A DNA stretch of 64,000 bases from Sminthopsis crassicaudata (taxonomy: Eukaryota): the NCBI RefSeq assembly GCF_048593235.1, contig NC_133617.1, forward strand, positions 101,144,937 through 101,208,936, written 5' to 3'. The notes below the pieces were generated by a model. That model saw only the letters and a list, made by a program, of their open reading frames with translations. It did no database searches and was not told where the DNA came from. Each line of letters opens with the position of its first letter. Within the stretch, counting starts at the first letter, position 1. Both the position numbers and the translations under genes were made by a program. Shown here piece after piece: positions 1 to 13,287 of the stretch.

Positions 1-10
1 ATATACTTTA

Positions 11-100
11 TTTTTTTTTATCATAGCTTTTTATTTACAAGATATATGCATGGGTAATTTTTCAGCATTGACAATTGTGAAACCTTTTGTTCCAACTCCA
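11..100 (-). mobile_element. Short 5'-truncated young L1 3' end with TSD
   Basis: Reverse complement of the L1 3' tail (TTGTCAATGCTGAAAAATTACCCATGCATATATCTTGTAAATAAAAAG...polyA), same family as 10960-11114, 45336-45760 and 51705-52328. ATATACTTTA is repeated at 1-10 and 101-110. Confidence 0.85.
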
Positions 101-1656
101 ATATACTTTAAACATTCCCAAGCCAATAACCTTTCTGACTAGATGCTCCATTTAAACTATTAATTGCTTTTGCAAATCAATCTTTCTTGTCTCTTGATTT
201 TAAATCACTTTTTTAACTTTAAACTTCAAGATTCGCAAATAACTTTGAATCAAATTTCATAAAACTTGTACATATACCCAACAGAGCTGACAAAAATTTT
301 AATGCATAGTTTACAAATTACCCAATACTTCTAGAAAGCAACATACCATCTCAGTAGGAAGATACAAACATGACTTTCCCTAAGGTTAAGCTACTGGCAT
401 TTTATTTTAATAATCTACATTTATACTTAAAATCCAATCAAATACAGCTTTAAATTCCCAATAATATAAAACTGCTTTTGCTATCATATTTCAAATAATG
501 AATTTCACTAAACAGCAGAGTTTCTTTCTCTCCCTCTTGCCCCACGTGGCCAATGGACTTTTCCTAAGCTCCAACTTTGGAGCCTTCAGAAAAGTCAGAC
601 CCTTCTTGCTACATGCTTTACCTAATTAGAAGCATGTGACCCCTTTCAGGCAAGTTAACAGAATTTCACTTTAACAAGCCATTGTTCTTATCTTATTTCA
701 AAGATAACCAACTCTAGCATGCACTGGCTATAGTAAAATTATTTCCCACAATTTCAAAATCATCCTAAAATTCCTAATCAAATGTTTTCTCCTGGCTGAA
801 TTTCAAAGCAATTAGCATAAACTCCTTTGTTCTCCGGAGGCCTTATCTGCCCAGCCTAGTTCAGGCTGGGCTTGAAATTGAATCAGGGAAGGTTTTATTG
901 CTCTTTCCCTTAGAAAGAGCTAGCTAGTTAATATTCCTATTAGCTAGTTTTGAAAACTGCTCCAAAGGAAAAAACCTTCAGCCAGTTTAAAAATAGCCAA
1001 AATTTTTCTGTTCTTACTTACAGATCAGTACGACAGGTTAAGGAGTTAGAAATCATAAGCAACTTTTATACTAAGTACAGCTGCAACATTGAAATAACCA
1101 ATTCCCAAATTTCTTAATCATTATCTTAAACCTTTAGCAGAGCTCTTAACCAATAGAACAAATAAGTCACACAGAACAGAGAACACAAATCACACAGACA
1201 TAGACTGCACAGTTACAACATTAAACAAAACATTTGACATAAATGTGCCCAAAAAGGCGCTCAGAATCAGATCAGACTAGATGTGTCTTAGAGGAATCAT
1301 CCAGCGTCCTGTTGATAGCCTTCTCAGAACTTAATGCCAGTTGGCATTTTACTGTTCCAAGAATCCAAAAGCTAGCACAGACAGAGAGAACAGGTAAACA
1401 GATCAGACTATGTCCTAAAACAGACATCCAGACTTAGTCTCCACTGGACGAAATGAAGGTGTCCACCATTGGGCTGCTGCAGCTGAGAACTGCTCTCTTT
1501 CCTGGAGACTCGAGGGAAAAAATATCCAGAAGGCCAGCATCTCCAGGCCAAGAAACCAGATCTCCAGCCTCCCTGAGGCCCAAGGAGGAGACCTGAAGGT
1601 CTCTAATCTCTAATCCTGCTCTCATTTTCTGATATCTCGCTGGGAAGCCTCCAAAA
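101..1656 (-). mobile_element. ERV1-like internal/leader sequence (non-coding, degraded)
   Basis: Contiguous with the PBS and LTR, with no intact gag/pol ORF. The extent toward the window start is inferred. Confidence 0.6.
1634..1653 (-). promoter_or_regulatory. Retroviral primer-binding site, tRNA-Thr-like
   Basis: The minus strand reads TGGAGGCTTCCCAGCGAGAT, 3 nt after the LTR-terminal CA. This resembles the tRNA-Thr PBS TGGAGGCCCCAGCGAGAT with a small insertion. Confidence 0.75.
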
Positions 1657-1829
1657 TGTAATGCCAGAGAAACTGAGGCAAGATAGATATTAGAGAGTAT
1701 TTAATAATTTATTTGAAAGGGAGAGATTTACTGGGACCAAGTAGATCCATGATTTGGTCCCAGGACTGAATGAGACTATCGTCTCCAAGAATCCAGCAAC
1801 AATGTGAGTTCTCAATGACATATACACAA

Positions 1830-1879
<50 letters not shown>

Positions 1880-2280
1880 GTGGCTCAGATGGGGGGGTAG
1901 ACAGAGGCAGGGGCAGAGTCAGGGTGCTGAGAGCAGGAACAGGACTATGGATCTGGTTCTGACAGGATGGGGGAGGCATTCTGGTAAATAGGGAAGGACA
2001 TTTTTATATGTCAATAAAAAGGTTCTCCCAACAGAGTCTGTCAGATGAAATCTGAGTCAACCACTTTATTTTGGGGGCAGCTTAATAATAACTTGTCATG
2101 GGGTCATGATGTCTAAGATAGAAGGGCTTCTATCCTTATCAAATATTCTGATGATTAAGAGGGAGGGGTGGTTTTGCAGGATTGAGCAGAACAATTAGAA
2201 TCTGAGGCAGGACAATTTAGGGAAACTGTCATGATAATTAGGGAAACTGAGTCTGGATAATAAAAGAGAACTATGACACA
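1657..2280 (-). mobile_element. ERV 5' LTR (~624 bp including (AT)20 and an 89-bp insert)
   Basis: TG...CA termini (TGTAATGCC at 1657; ...ATGACACA at 2280), minus-strand AATAAA near 1710, and an adjacent PBS. Confidence 0.8.
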
Positions 2281-3734
2281 ACAGGCCAGGCCCCTTTCTC
2301 TCCCCCCACACTCTCACACGCAACTTCCAATTCTGGGGTTAAATGAAACAAGCTCAATCATGGAGGCTATTCCCAAAAATAAGTATAACTTTGGTTTGGT
2401 ATGCCATTACTGAGTTTACCCATAAATCTCCAAATATAGCTCATGAATAACTTGTGACTAGGTTTCTACAACTGGGATCAGCAGAGTCTTTTGCTTTCAG
2501 AAGAAAACTTAATATGACAAATACATATTGGGTACAGGACAGAGTCTATTTCTCCCTTTGGAAAATACAGCAGATACAAAGGCTTCACAGGAGTCTCTAT
2601 GAAAACATATAAGATTCTCAAGGTAGTTCATGATTCCAATTCTCTTCCCTCTTTGATGAATCTTGCTTTTCCATTAGACTCCTAGGGTCCCTTTGGCTCA
2701 GAGCTGTCCCGTGGCTTGGTCTTCTCTCAGAGGGGAACTGATCATGAGGATGACTGAGATATATCTCCCTTGTTATTCAGTGAATCTCTTTCTCTCCTAC
2801 AAAGCTAGCTGCTTAAGAAATCTCTTCTCAGACTCAATTTTGATATATTTTTCTAGGAGATCCTCCTCTTCCAGTTAAGGGTTAGGAATATAGAAATGAC
2901 ATCATCTTTGGATAAAGTTCTACCGAGAAACAAAATGGGCATGTGGCTCATTTATTCTATTGCTGGATACTGCAGTACTGCCCCAGTGGCTCTCACCTTT
3001 TAGGCTGGATAATTCTACCCTCCATTCTCTGTAATAACATATTTTTAGAAAGATAAACAGAAAAAAAAAAAAAAAGCCCAACAACCAGGAACTCAGTGGT
3101 TGCTTGATTGAACATATGTACCTCTTAGGTGATTCTGCCTTAAAGTTGCTATTAGCAACTCTTAGGAAGTAGGATTTAAGAAGGAAAAGAAATCCTTTTT
3201 GAACCTTCAACTCCATATCCTTCCTTCTATAAAAAGAGCAAATGAAACATTAAAAAAAAAAAAAAACTTCCAAAGTATTGATCAAATATCTACATTTTTA
3301 TGTCAATAAAAAGTTCTCCCAATAGAGTCTGTCAGATGAAATCTGAGTCAACCACTTTATTTTGGGGGCAGCTTAATCATGTGTTATCTTTTGGTTTTTT
3401 TTTAAACAAGGAGCCAATGGGATATACAGTCTAGTATTGTGAATAGAGAGTGAGCCTCAAAGTCCAGAAAACCACTGTTCCAGTTGTTGGAATTCACTGG
3501 AGATGTTGGAATACATGGGAGCCCCCTGACAGTGGCTGCTGGAGATCTAACCTAGAATGGATCTTCTCTTATGAGAGGCCATTGCTGCTCTCTGACCTCT
3601 CTCCTCTTCCCTCTGCCTTCAGTTCATTTCATTCCCAGTCCACGATACCTGCATCAGCAAAGGCTGCCTTGCAACTTCTTCAGATGTTATGATCCACAGT
3701 CGTGGAGTCTCTCAGAGAATTGACTTGTCCCTTA

Positions 3735-3902
3735 ACATCCAGTCATATCTTTGACACAATGCCTGGGCGATCCTGGACAAGTCTTTTAATCTCTCAATGC
3801 CCAAGGAAACTCTTTAAGACTAAAAGTTGCATAATAGGGGCCCATCTGCATTAGCAAAGGGAGATTCTTCTTTAGGAATTCCCTGTATTAATAAAATCAC
3901 AG
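3735..3902 (+). mobile_element. CORE-SINE (MIR3/Mar-type) fragment
   Basis: CORE motif GATCCTGGACAAGTC-TTTAATCTCTC, followed by the marsupial MIR3-like tail CTCTTTAAGACTAAAAGTTGCA...CATCTGCATTAGCAAAGGGAG. Confidence 0.6.
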
Positions 3903-3929
3903 TTTAATCAATCAGTCAATGGGGATTCA

Positions 3930-4125
3930 TCTTTAAGGTGGAGGATAAGGGAAAAGGGGGGAAAAAAAGAAATGCATATGAAAACTTTATAACATATTTA
4001 AAAGGGATAGCAATTTGTATATAATAGATTTGCAGTTTCATGTACAATCATATTTTTGTTATATGTTATAGAAATGCTTGTTTTGTTCCATAATTTAAAA
4101 ATAGATGAATTTTAAAATAAATAAT
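3930..4125 (+). mobile_element. Old marsupial L1-type 3' end
   Basis: ATAATAGATTTGCAGTTTCATGTACAATCAT...GAAATGCTTGTTTTGTTCCATAA plus an A-rich tail. A similar copy lies at 63630-63785. Confidence 0.6.
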
Positions 4126-5141
4126 TTTTTTAAAAAGTCATGCTATGTCAAAGGATGAATAGGTATGAAACCGTGAAGGGAAAGATTAGTGAACAATCAA
4201 ACTCCAAAAACACCCTCACAGTTTTGTAAGCTTGTGGAATTCATTGGGCTAACTCTCCTGGACAACATCTTACTTGTGCTGTTAATTAAATATTTAAGTG
4301 AATGAAGAAATGATAAGATCATTGAAATTTTCTTGCTAATGGAAACAGAGTAAGATTATATAGTTAATTTTTATCTTATTTGATTCTCACAACAATCCTG
4401 AGAGATAAATACTATTATTTTTCCCCACTTATAGTTGAGGAAATAGGCAAACTGGCTAATGACTTCTCCAGGGTCACAAATTCATAATTATCTGAGGCTG
4501 AATTTTAATTGAGGTCTGAATTCTTGTGGGCATCCTGGTTTGGGATTTGTTCTAAGCCTTCAACTGGAGGAGAGGGGGAAAGAAACTGGTGAGAATATAG
4601 AACACTCAGATAATATCCATGCAAATTCTGACTAAACATCATTGAATCATTCAAATGTCCTTTTTTTTTTCTGAACAATACCTATAGTAAGAGAGTGTAC
4701 TGCCATTTCCGCCTCTGTGCTCTCTGTCAGAGTTTTAAGGAACTCTGTTTCCACAGAGGAAACAGACCTACACTGGAATGTACCAAGCACACAAAGTTCT
4801 TTTTAAGTGCAAATGGAGAGACACCTGGGAATTAAATTGAGTTCTTCAGCCTTTTTCCACTGAGAAAATGAAACAAGCTATTACCCTTATGGGTATTTGT
4901 GTTGTACTTTAAAATGCCTTTTTAATCCAAAGCACACAGACTAGCGAAATACTCATAGACCAGTACACTGAACACACAAGATGCTAAATATTTGTTTGTT
5001 GAATTGGACCAGAAATCACGATCAGAGAATGAAAGAATTTAGAAGGGCCCCTAAAACCCACCCAGGCCAAGCTACTCATTTTAAAATTTATTTATTTATT
5101 TTATTATAAACTCAGTAAGAGGTAAGCAGAATTCCTCCTTT

Positions 5142-5440
5142 NNNNNNNNNNNNNNNNNNNNNNNNNNNNNNNNNNNNNNNNNNNNNNNNNNNNNNNNNNN
5201 NNNNNNNNNNNNNNNNNNNNNNNNNNNNNNNNNNNNNNNNNNNNNNNNNNNNNNNNNNNNNNNNNNNNNNNNNNNNNNNNNNNNNNNNNNNNNNNNNNNN
5301 NNNNNNNNNNNNNNNNNNNNNNNNNNNNNNNNNNNNNNNNNNNNNNNNNNNNNNNNNNNNNNNNNNNNNNNNNNNNNNNNNNNNNNNNNNNNNNNNNNNN
5401 NNNNNNNNNNNNNNNNNNNNNNNNNNNNNNNNNNNNNNNN
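5142..5440. other. Assembly gap (299 N)
   Basis: Run of N. Confidence 1.
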
Positions 5441-6159
5441 GTGCTTGCTTAGCATAGAGCCTTGCTCATAGTAAGCTCTTAAATTAATGTTTGTTGAATA
5501 GGCTAATGCTACTGGCCTGCTCTTCAAAGTATACAGTATGGACTGAGTTTCCAATCAGAATGTTTGTTTTCTATTTCTAGCCTTAATCCTGAAAGCTACC
5601 ACAGAAATCTTGGAGAGGAAAAAAAGTCACATTTCAGGAAAAAATTAGAATTAAGGAAAGCTTTTTTTCCCAAAGGATATTTGTCAGGGCATTCAAATTT
5701 AACATATTGTATAAACAACCTATGAAGAGTAAGGATATTTTGGCAAGAGGTGTATTGAGGTTACATATCTTTAACCATGGGGTTCCAAGGTTATAGTGAC
5801 CCTACAAGCTGTGTCTGAAAAAGGATTTCTCCTATATCATCCAATCAGAGACAGCAGAGATCATAACTTGGGTGGAAATGAATTTAGGATACTTGGTTAA
5901 TTTCTTGTAATTTTGCAGCAGCCCAATGCTTCACGTTGTTTTTAGACCTAAACAAAAAATTTTCTGATTTTCCTTTATCTTTTCAGAATTCTGTGAATGG
6001 ATTAGGATCACAGTTGGGTATATGATTAGTAATTATATGGGTCAAACCCCTCATTTTAAGAAAAGGAAACTGAAGCCCAGAGAGGAAAAGTTATTTATCC
6101 AGTATAGCAAACTGACTCAAAATCTGATGCTCTTTCCATGATGCCAATAAGACTGACAG

Positions 6160-6340
6160 ATGGAATTGCTGCACTCAGTGATTTTTGAAAGATCATGGAA
6201 AATTAGAGAGTTGCTGCAGAATTAGAGAAAAGCACATATCCTGATTTTCAAGTAAGGGAAGACAATGGCACCTGAAGACTGATCAGTGAATTTGACTTCA
6301 GTTTTTTATAAGATTCTAAAGCATGATAGACTCTTTAAGG
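6160..6340 (+). mobile_element. CR1/L3 LINE RT-region remnant
   Basis: Degenerate match to the CR1 region IFERSW..GEVPEDWRRANV.PIFKKGK...NYRPVSLTS. Confidence 0.6.
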
Positions 6341-7324
6341 ACCGTCTAGAGCTGTTGTTTTTTTTTTTTTTTTTCTTTGAATACTATTCCCTTTACAAAA
6401 TAATCAATCACTCAACCAATAAAGAAACATTTATTAAGTGCCTACTCTGTTCTAAGAATTTAATAAACGCTTGTTGATTGGCTAAACAATGGTTTAATGT
6501 TACCTTTGAAGAGGTTCCCTAATGTAATGCCCCGAGGATATATGTTTGATACTGTATTGTTGAATATTTTTATCCACAGCTTATAAAAGGCTTAGTCACC
6601 CTTCTAAAACCTCTCTCCCATTTCCACCTCCCACCCTTTATAAGACAAAACCTGAATTTATTTTAATTTTTTTTTTTTTTTTTGAGCCAACAAAGCTCCA
6701 GGTAAAAGCTAGAGGAGATGCATTTGCTGTGCATGGAAAATCCAAGTCTCTCTTAGCATTTAAACATAGGCTTAAGTTATTATTAATTAATTAATTAGGT
6801 CACATTCTAATCTCCTCCATTTATTATGCTCTAGGATATTGTTCCTCCTCTATTCTTCTCCAAATAACATGAAGTTATTTTTCTCTGATGTCCAGTTCTT
6901 ATTTCTCTTCATTCATGACTCAAATACTTCAATTTATCTATGATTTCATGAATTTGGGAATTCCCTCCAACATAGATTATTCATACTAACATTGCACTAA
7001 CACAATTCCTTCCTCTTGCTCTAGGCAAAGTTAATCCCAAACAATCAGTATTCTTCTTAGATCTCATGTTCCAGGTCATCTGCCCAGTAATCATAAATCT
7101 TGGTTCATTATCCTTTTTCTACTTCAGCCTTCTCTAACTCCATGCAGATAACAACTCATCAATCTTTAAAGTGTTGCAACATCTCCTACCAAACAAGGGT
7201 TATGTTATGGATTCCCTTAAGCCACCAGATGCCTTATCACATTTTCTGTGTCCTTGTACTCAAGCCAGTATTTGACCAGACACAGATTATTCTCTCTCTT
7301 AGCCAATTCAACCCTTTGATTGCC

Positions 7325-8090
7325 ATAACAGAGAGCATGTTTGTCAACTTTATAAATAACAAAGCTGGGAGAAATAGCTAACACACTAAATTAGACAGTA
7401 TCAAAATTTCTTGACAAGCTAGAACATCAGGCTGAATATCTTAATATGAATATATAGAGAGATCTTAGATATAAAATTTTGCTGTTTGGTTCAAGAATAA
7501 AAATCGTAAAGTAGAAGCACACATATATATCCATTCATCTGGAAAGCTCTGGGATTTTAGTGGATTATAAGGTTAGTACAAGGGTCAATGTCAATACAAA
7601 TTAACTTTATGACATTGACCCCCAAAAAAGCTATTATAGTCTTAAACTGTGTTTTAAAAGAAACTAAGGAGTAGTGATAATTCTACTGTTCTGCTCCGAT
7701 ATGACCACATCCTGAGCATTACATTCAGTCCTGAGAATTCACATTTTAGAGAGAATATTGATAAATTATAGTGTTGTCTTTGAATGTGGATTGAAGGAAC
7801 CAGGGATGTTGACCCTGAAAAAAGAAGACTAGCAGGTGGGGCAGTCCTTCAGAATCTCTTTATGATTAATTTGTTTTGTATAAGCCCAAGAACAGAAGCA
7901 AGAGCAAATAGTGGAAGCTTCTGAGAGACAGATATAAGTGTAATATATCTAAATGTGGAACTGTTTCAGGAGGTAGTGAGTTTCCTCTCATTGGAAGCCG
8001 ACATGCAAAGGATAATCACTTGTTTACTATTTTGTAGAGTATGTATTGAAATAGATAGACTCCAGTGTCCCTTCCAATTCTGAATTCTTT
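7325..8090 (+). mobile_element. CR1/L3 LINE 3' remnant
   Basis: Degenerate match to FADDTKLGGIANTL...LDKLEHWAE, with a CR1-like 3' end. Confidence 0.65.
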
Positions 8091-9299
8091 TTCTGTGAAA
8101 GGAAACCACTGCATTTTTCATGAGTAAAATGTGAACTTGTTTATCCTAAGCAAGCTCAGTTAGCAGTACTTTGTAAGCAGAAAGCAAAAAAAAAAAAATT
8201 GGCAAAAGAAGGTTTACAGGTATTTGTATTACTCTGTATATATATATTCATATTTCTTTGTCTATTTATGTGTTCCAGATATCCCAGTAGATCCCTCCAT
8301 TCCCCATCACTTACAATGATAATAATATTCAGAACTTAATGGAAAAAGGATGAACCTGGTGGAGTTTAGGAAATTTGTTATCTGAAAGGGAATTATCTCC
8401 ATATATTCCTTAAGAAAATCAAATAGTAGTTAAGAATGAAACTTAATGCAAAACTAAAATATTTGTAGAACTGTTGACTGATTACCAATGATGTGTAAAA
8501 GAAAGAGGACTAGACTGGATAAGAATCACCAATTTTCCTCAGTTACATATGTGTATGAATGTCTTTGATTACCATCAGATGAGGTGCTCTCTCTCAAAAT
8601 ACCCCACTCCAGATCTACCTGCCCTTTACACTGTGGTATCTGGAATCCTGATTCATAGTTAAGAAAGCGCCTCTAGTGGATGTTTGGACTAAATTATCTT
8701 TTTATGTCTACCATTGCAAGTTGTAAAGTCTCCAGCTTTAATATTTAATCTATTTTCTGTTTTATAAAAGGCAGTGGATTAAGGAGAAATAGTAGTAGAT
8801 TTGGAGTCAAGAGAAAATTGGGTCCAAATCCTGCCTATGACAAGAATTAGTTGGACAACCATTAGTGTATATCAGTTTAGTTCTCTGTGCCATTTGGCCT
8901 TTCTACTCCTGAAATTTCCCAGGGAACCCTCAGTCAACTACAGATCCAGTACCCTATCCTGGGCTTCTTTGCTTTAAACACACTCCATGGGATCCTGCAT
9001 CTTTCCCAGATCCAGACCACAAATCTGTGGCCTCTTTGTTCCAAACATTTCCAGGGACCCCTTAATCTTATTTTGATCCAAGGTGCCTTTTTTTGGCCTC
9101 TTCCTTTGCCTTACAGATTTTTTCAGTGTTCCTTTTTCCAGTCAGACCTGCCTCAAATTATATGGTCCTGCCTCCTATCAGGACTCCCTCAGGCTATACT
9201 TTCACTTTCTTCTTGACTGCTGTAAAGTGGCTTTTCTGAAATTCAAAGGACTCAACATTTCTACCATCATGACACTGGAGCTTGAATGAGGGCCTTGAA

Positions 9300-10872
9300 T
9301 AATATAATCATTTGATACCTTCAATGAATTTCTTTTTACCTACTGATACTAAACCTGGACTCAATGAATAGCATATGTTTACTGCCTAATATTCTATCCA
9401 TCCAAGAATTCTTAACCCTTTCCTTCTCTGCCTTTACCTCATTCCCATCCCTCTTTGCCTACTTCCTTATTCCTATCTCCTTTTATCTACCCTCCATGCA
9501 TATCTATCACTCCTTATACTGTGCTCTCTGGAATGCTGATCCATAGTTAACAAATTTAAACATTTTCTTTTCCCATTTTCTGAATTTTCTGCTATTCATT
9601 GAGACCTTCTTGAAGGTCTTGAATCCTTCTAGATAACACGTATCCCTGGACACCATTTCCAGCACTGTTTATAGTTTTATTCATTCCTCCTCTTCCCACT
9701 CTCTCACTGGTGGTGATAGAGGAATCAGAGTTTTCCCTGCTCCTTAGAGGCTCATTCTATACATTTGTATCACCCAATTAAGATTCTAGTAGATGTTACC
9801 TACTCTCTCTTCTTTCTCCAATTAGTTCTTTGCCTATATTATAGAGATTCTCTCTACCCTCTCTTCCTTACCCTCATATTAGGAAAACTCAACATATTTG
9901 TTTATATTCCCTTAAACACAACTTCCCAAGTCTCTAATCTACTCATTTCCTATGACACTCTTCTTCATTCCAACACAGCTACTCACTGATATGTTTATAC
10001 CCCTAATCTTACCATTTACTATTGAGGGGACCACCATCTTCCCAGTCACTCAGGCTCACAACTTCTCATCCTATGTATCTTGTCTATCATTTAATCTTCT
10101 CATTGTAACATAAACAACATTTATCACATATTCCCTTCTCGCTTCTCAAACAGCTGCTACTATAGTATATGTTCTCCTTACTTTACTCATGATCTATTGC
10201 AATAGGTTTCTGGTTTGTCTCCTTTCTTCAATTCTTTCCCTACTTTATATCTTCCACTCAGCTGCCAAAGTGATCTTGCTGAACTTCAAGTCTGAACAAT
10301 CCATCTACCATCAGTTTTCATCACTACTGCCCCTACACGCATACTCTATAAACTCAAATGGCTCCTTAATACCTTTAGAATCAATTCTTTCTTTGGTTTT
10401 TAAATTCCTTTTAAGGAGTCATAACAGATTCTTTCTACCTTCCCAGTCTTCTTATATTCTATTGATCTTCATGTACTCTATAAACCAGTAAAAACTGATT
10501 TTCTTATTTCTTGAACTTTATATTCAATTTCCTACTCCATACATTTTTCCCCCACTGGCTTTCTTCCTGCTTCAAAGGCTTTCTCCCTCATCATAATCCA
10601 TTTGTTATCTTTTCTAGATTCCTTTAAGATTCAATTCAATTGTACCTTCTTCAGGAGGCAATCCTGATTCCTTCTTAGGGTTACCTGAGATCACCTTCTA
10701 TTTGTCCAGAATATATCTTATTTATACATGATTGTTTTTTCATGTACTCACCCTCAGTAGAATGTGAACTTCTTGAGGGAAAGAGCTGTATTTTTCCGTT
10801 TTTGTATCCCTAGAGCTTGGCACAATACCTAGAATATAGCAAAAAATCTTATGAAATGCTTATTAATTGACT
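9300..10872 (+). mobile_element. L2 LINE remnant(s)
   Basis: CT-rich L2 body ending in the L2 3' end GTAGAATGTGAACTTCTTGAGGG...AATGCTTATTAATTGACT. Confidence 0.65.
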
Positions 10873-10959
10873 AGCTGCTTAGATTTCCCTATGAGGAAAA
10901 TGATGGTAATAATACCTATAGGAAATACTTTATGAGGTTGTTTTGAAAATGAAATAAAA

Positions 10960-11114
10960 CTTTAACATATTTAACATGTATTGGTTAACCTGCCATCTGG
11001 GGAAGCGGTGGGGGGAAGGAGAGGAAAAATTGGAATAAAAGGTTTGGCAATTGTCAATGTTGTAAAATTACCTATGCATACATCTGGTAAATAAAAACTA
11101 TAATTAAAAAAAGG
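10960..11114 (+). mobile_element. 5'-truncated young L1 3' end with 13-bp TSD
   Basis: L1 3' tail. TSD AAATGAAATAAAA at 10947-10959 and 11115-11127. Confidence 0.85.
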
Positions 11115-11408
11115 AAATGAAATAAAAAATGTATGTAAATGCATTTGTAAATTATTAATACTATTGTCTCATTTGGCCCCTAAAACAACACTCTGAGTTA
11201 GGTACTAAAGCATTGTTATTCTTCATCCAATGTTATAGCTGGAACTGCCTCATTTTACAAATGAGAAGGCTGCATGCTCAGAGAAGTGATTTGCCCAGGG
11301 TCACAGGACAATAAGTGACACAGTCAGGTCTCTGGACCCAGGTGTTTTCAATTCAAGCTGAGAGTGCCTTCTACTCTATATTTTAGTAGATGAAATCATC
11401 CAGTAAGA

Positions 11409-11887
11409 TAACAGTTCTCAAGATTTAGAACCACTTTACACTCTTAAAAATTATTAAGGATTCTGAAGAGCTTTTATTTATATCAGTTATAACTATCAAT
11501 TTTTTTCAAAGTTAGAAAGTAAAACTGATGACTTTTTAAAAATATATTTACTAATCCATTTTTAAAATATAATATATTTTCATGATGAATAACTATTTCC
11601 TCCAAAAATGCATAAGAAAAATGGGATGGTTTTTACATATTTGTGCAAATCTCTTTAATGTCCAGCTTAATAAAAGACAATTGGATTCTCATATCTGCTT
11701 TTGCATTCAGTCTGTTGTGATATATTGTTTTAGTTGAAAGATATTAAGAAAATCTGTTTTGACATAGATATGGAGTAGGAAAGGGGAGTAGTCTTAGTCT
11801 TATAAAAATGATTTTGACCTTTTGAACTCCCTTGAAAGATTTTCCAGGGCCCCTGGGAGTTCTCAGAGTGCACTTTGAGAATCTTTG
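11409..11887. mobile_element. hAT-Charlie-type non-autonomous DNA transposon
   Basis: Degenerate TIRs TAACAGTTCTCAA / TTGAGAATCTTTG (consensus CAGTGGTTCTCAA). The left end matches the reverse complement of the copy at ~62245-62459. Confidence 0.7.
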
Positions 11888-12411
11888 TACTAAGCAATGA
11901 AGGATGGAAAATGTACCATATATGTGAAATTATGCATCCTCAAAGTATTAGAGTAATTTATCAAAGGGGGCCCATACTGCCCCAGGTGTCTTGTTTAGAA
12001 TCATGTTGTACATAGATTGTTCTCTTGTAGAAGCAGTGTGATATGTTGGAATAAACAATGGAATGAGATTTAGAAAACCTAGGTTAAAGTCCAGCTCAGT
12101 CTATTAGTAATTATGGGACTTTGAGGTAGATAGTGTCAGTGTTACTATCTCCATTTTGAATATGAGAATACTAAGAATCAGAATACTAATGTCATGTCTG
12201 TGATCACATGTAGCAAATGTTAGAGCCAAAACTGAACCCAGGTTTTTTATGAGTCCAGATCCAGGATTCTTTCTACCTACAATTATCTAATATTGTGGGG
12301 GCTAGATGGGAGTTCTAAGGCATAATCTTTCTTCACAAATGGCCTATTGTCTAATTGTAAGGACAAACATGTTGTTATTAATCAGAAAGATAAATAATGT
12401 ATAGAGCAGAG

Positions 12412-13013
12412 ATTTTTTTCTGCTACATTTATTATGTTTTATTAGTTTTGAGTTCCAAAGTCTATCCTTTCCTCCCTTTCCTCCCTTCTCCTGGTGACAG
12501 TAAGCAATCTGATATAGGTAATATATGTGTAATCATGTAAAACATTTCTACATGTTGTGAAAGAAAACTTGAAGTAGCAAAAGGAAGGAAGAAAGGGAGG
12601 GTGGAAGGAAAGTAATATGCTTCAGTCTGCATTCAGACTCCATTAGTTCTTTCTCTGGAGGCAGATAACATTTTTCATCATGAGTCCTTTGGGATTGCCT
12701 TTGATCATTGTATTACTGAGAATAGCTAGTTGTTCATCATACAATGTTGATCTTACTCTACAATTTTCTCCAAGTTCTTCTCACTTCATTCTGCATCATT
12801 TCATGCAAGTTTTTTCAGGTTTTTTTAAAAAAAACATCCTGTTCATCACTTTTAATAGCACAATAAATATTCCATTATAATCATATGCCACAACTTGTTC
12901 AGCCATTCCCCAATTGATAGACATCCTTCAGTTTCCAGTGCTTAGCCATGATGAAAAGAATGCTATAAATATTTTAGTGCAAATAGATTCTTTTCTACTT
13001 AAAAAATCTTTTT
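12412..13013 (-). mobile_element. Old L1 3' segment (ORF2 C-terminus + 3'UTR), antisense
   Basis: The minus strand encodes a degenerate ORF2 C-terminus (ICTKIFIA.LF...HWKLK.CPSIGEWLNKLW), then a 3'UTR and an A-rich end near 12415. Confidence 0.85.
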
Positions 13014-13287
13014 GGGGGACTTAGGTAGCAAGATGGCGAGTGAGGAAGAAACCCTCTAAACCCCTTCCAATTTCTCTTCCAAACAACTGAAGAAATACCT
13101 CAGAATTGATTTGAGAACAGGGAAGTAGTTTATAATCCCAGCAGGAAAAGTTAGTTTCACTGGGATGGGAAGAGAGCAAATTCTAAGAGCAGCAGCCAGC
13201 CAACATCACAACAGGGGGTCTGCTGCAAGATCTCATCCTGGGCAATCCACCAGCAAGAAGCTGCCCTCCTACAACTCAACAATCTCA

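Noticed and set aside
5987-6017. 31-nt candidate exon (TTTTCAG|AATTCTG...TTGG|GTATAT)
   Set aside because: The acceptor is good but the donor is weak, it abuts a MIR, and there is no other support.
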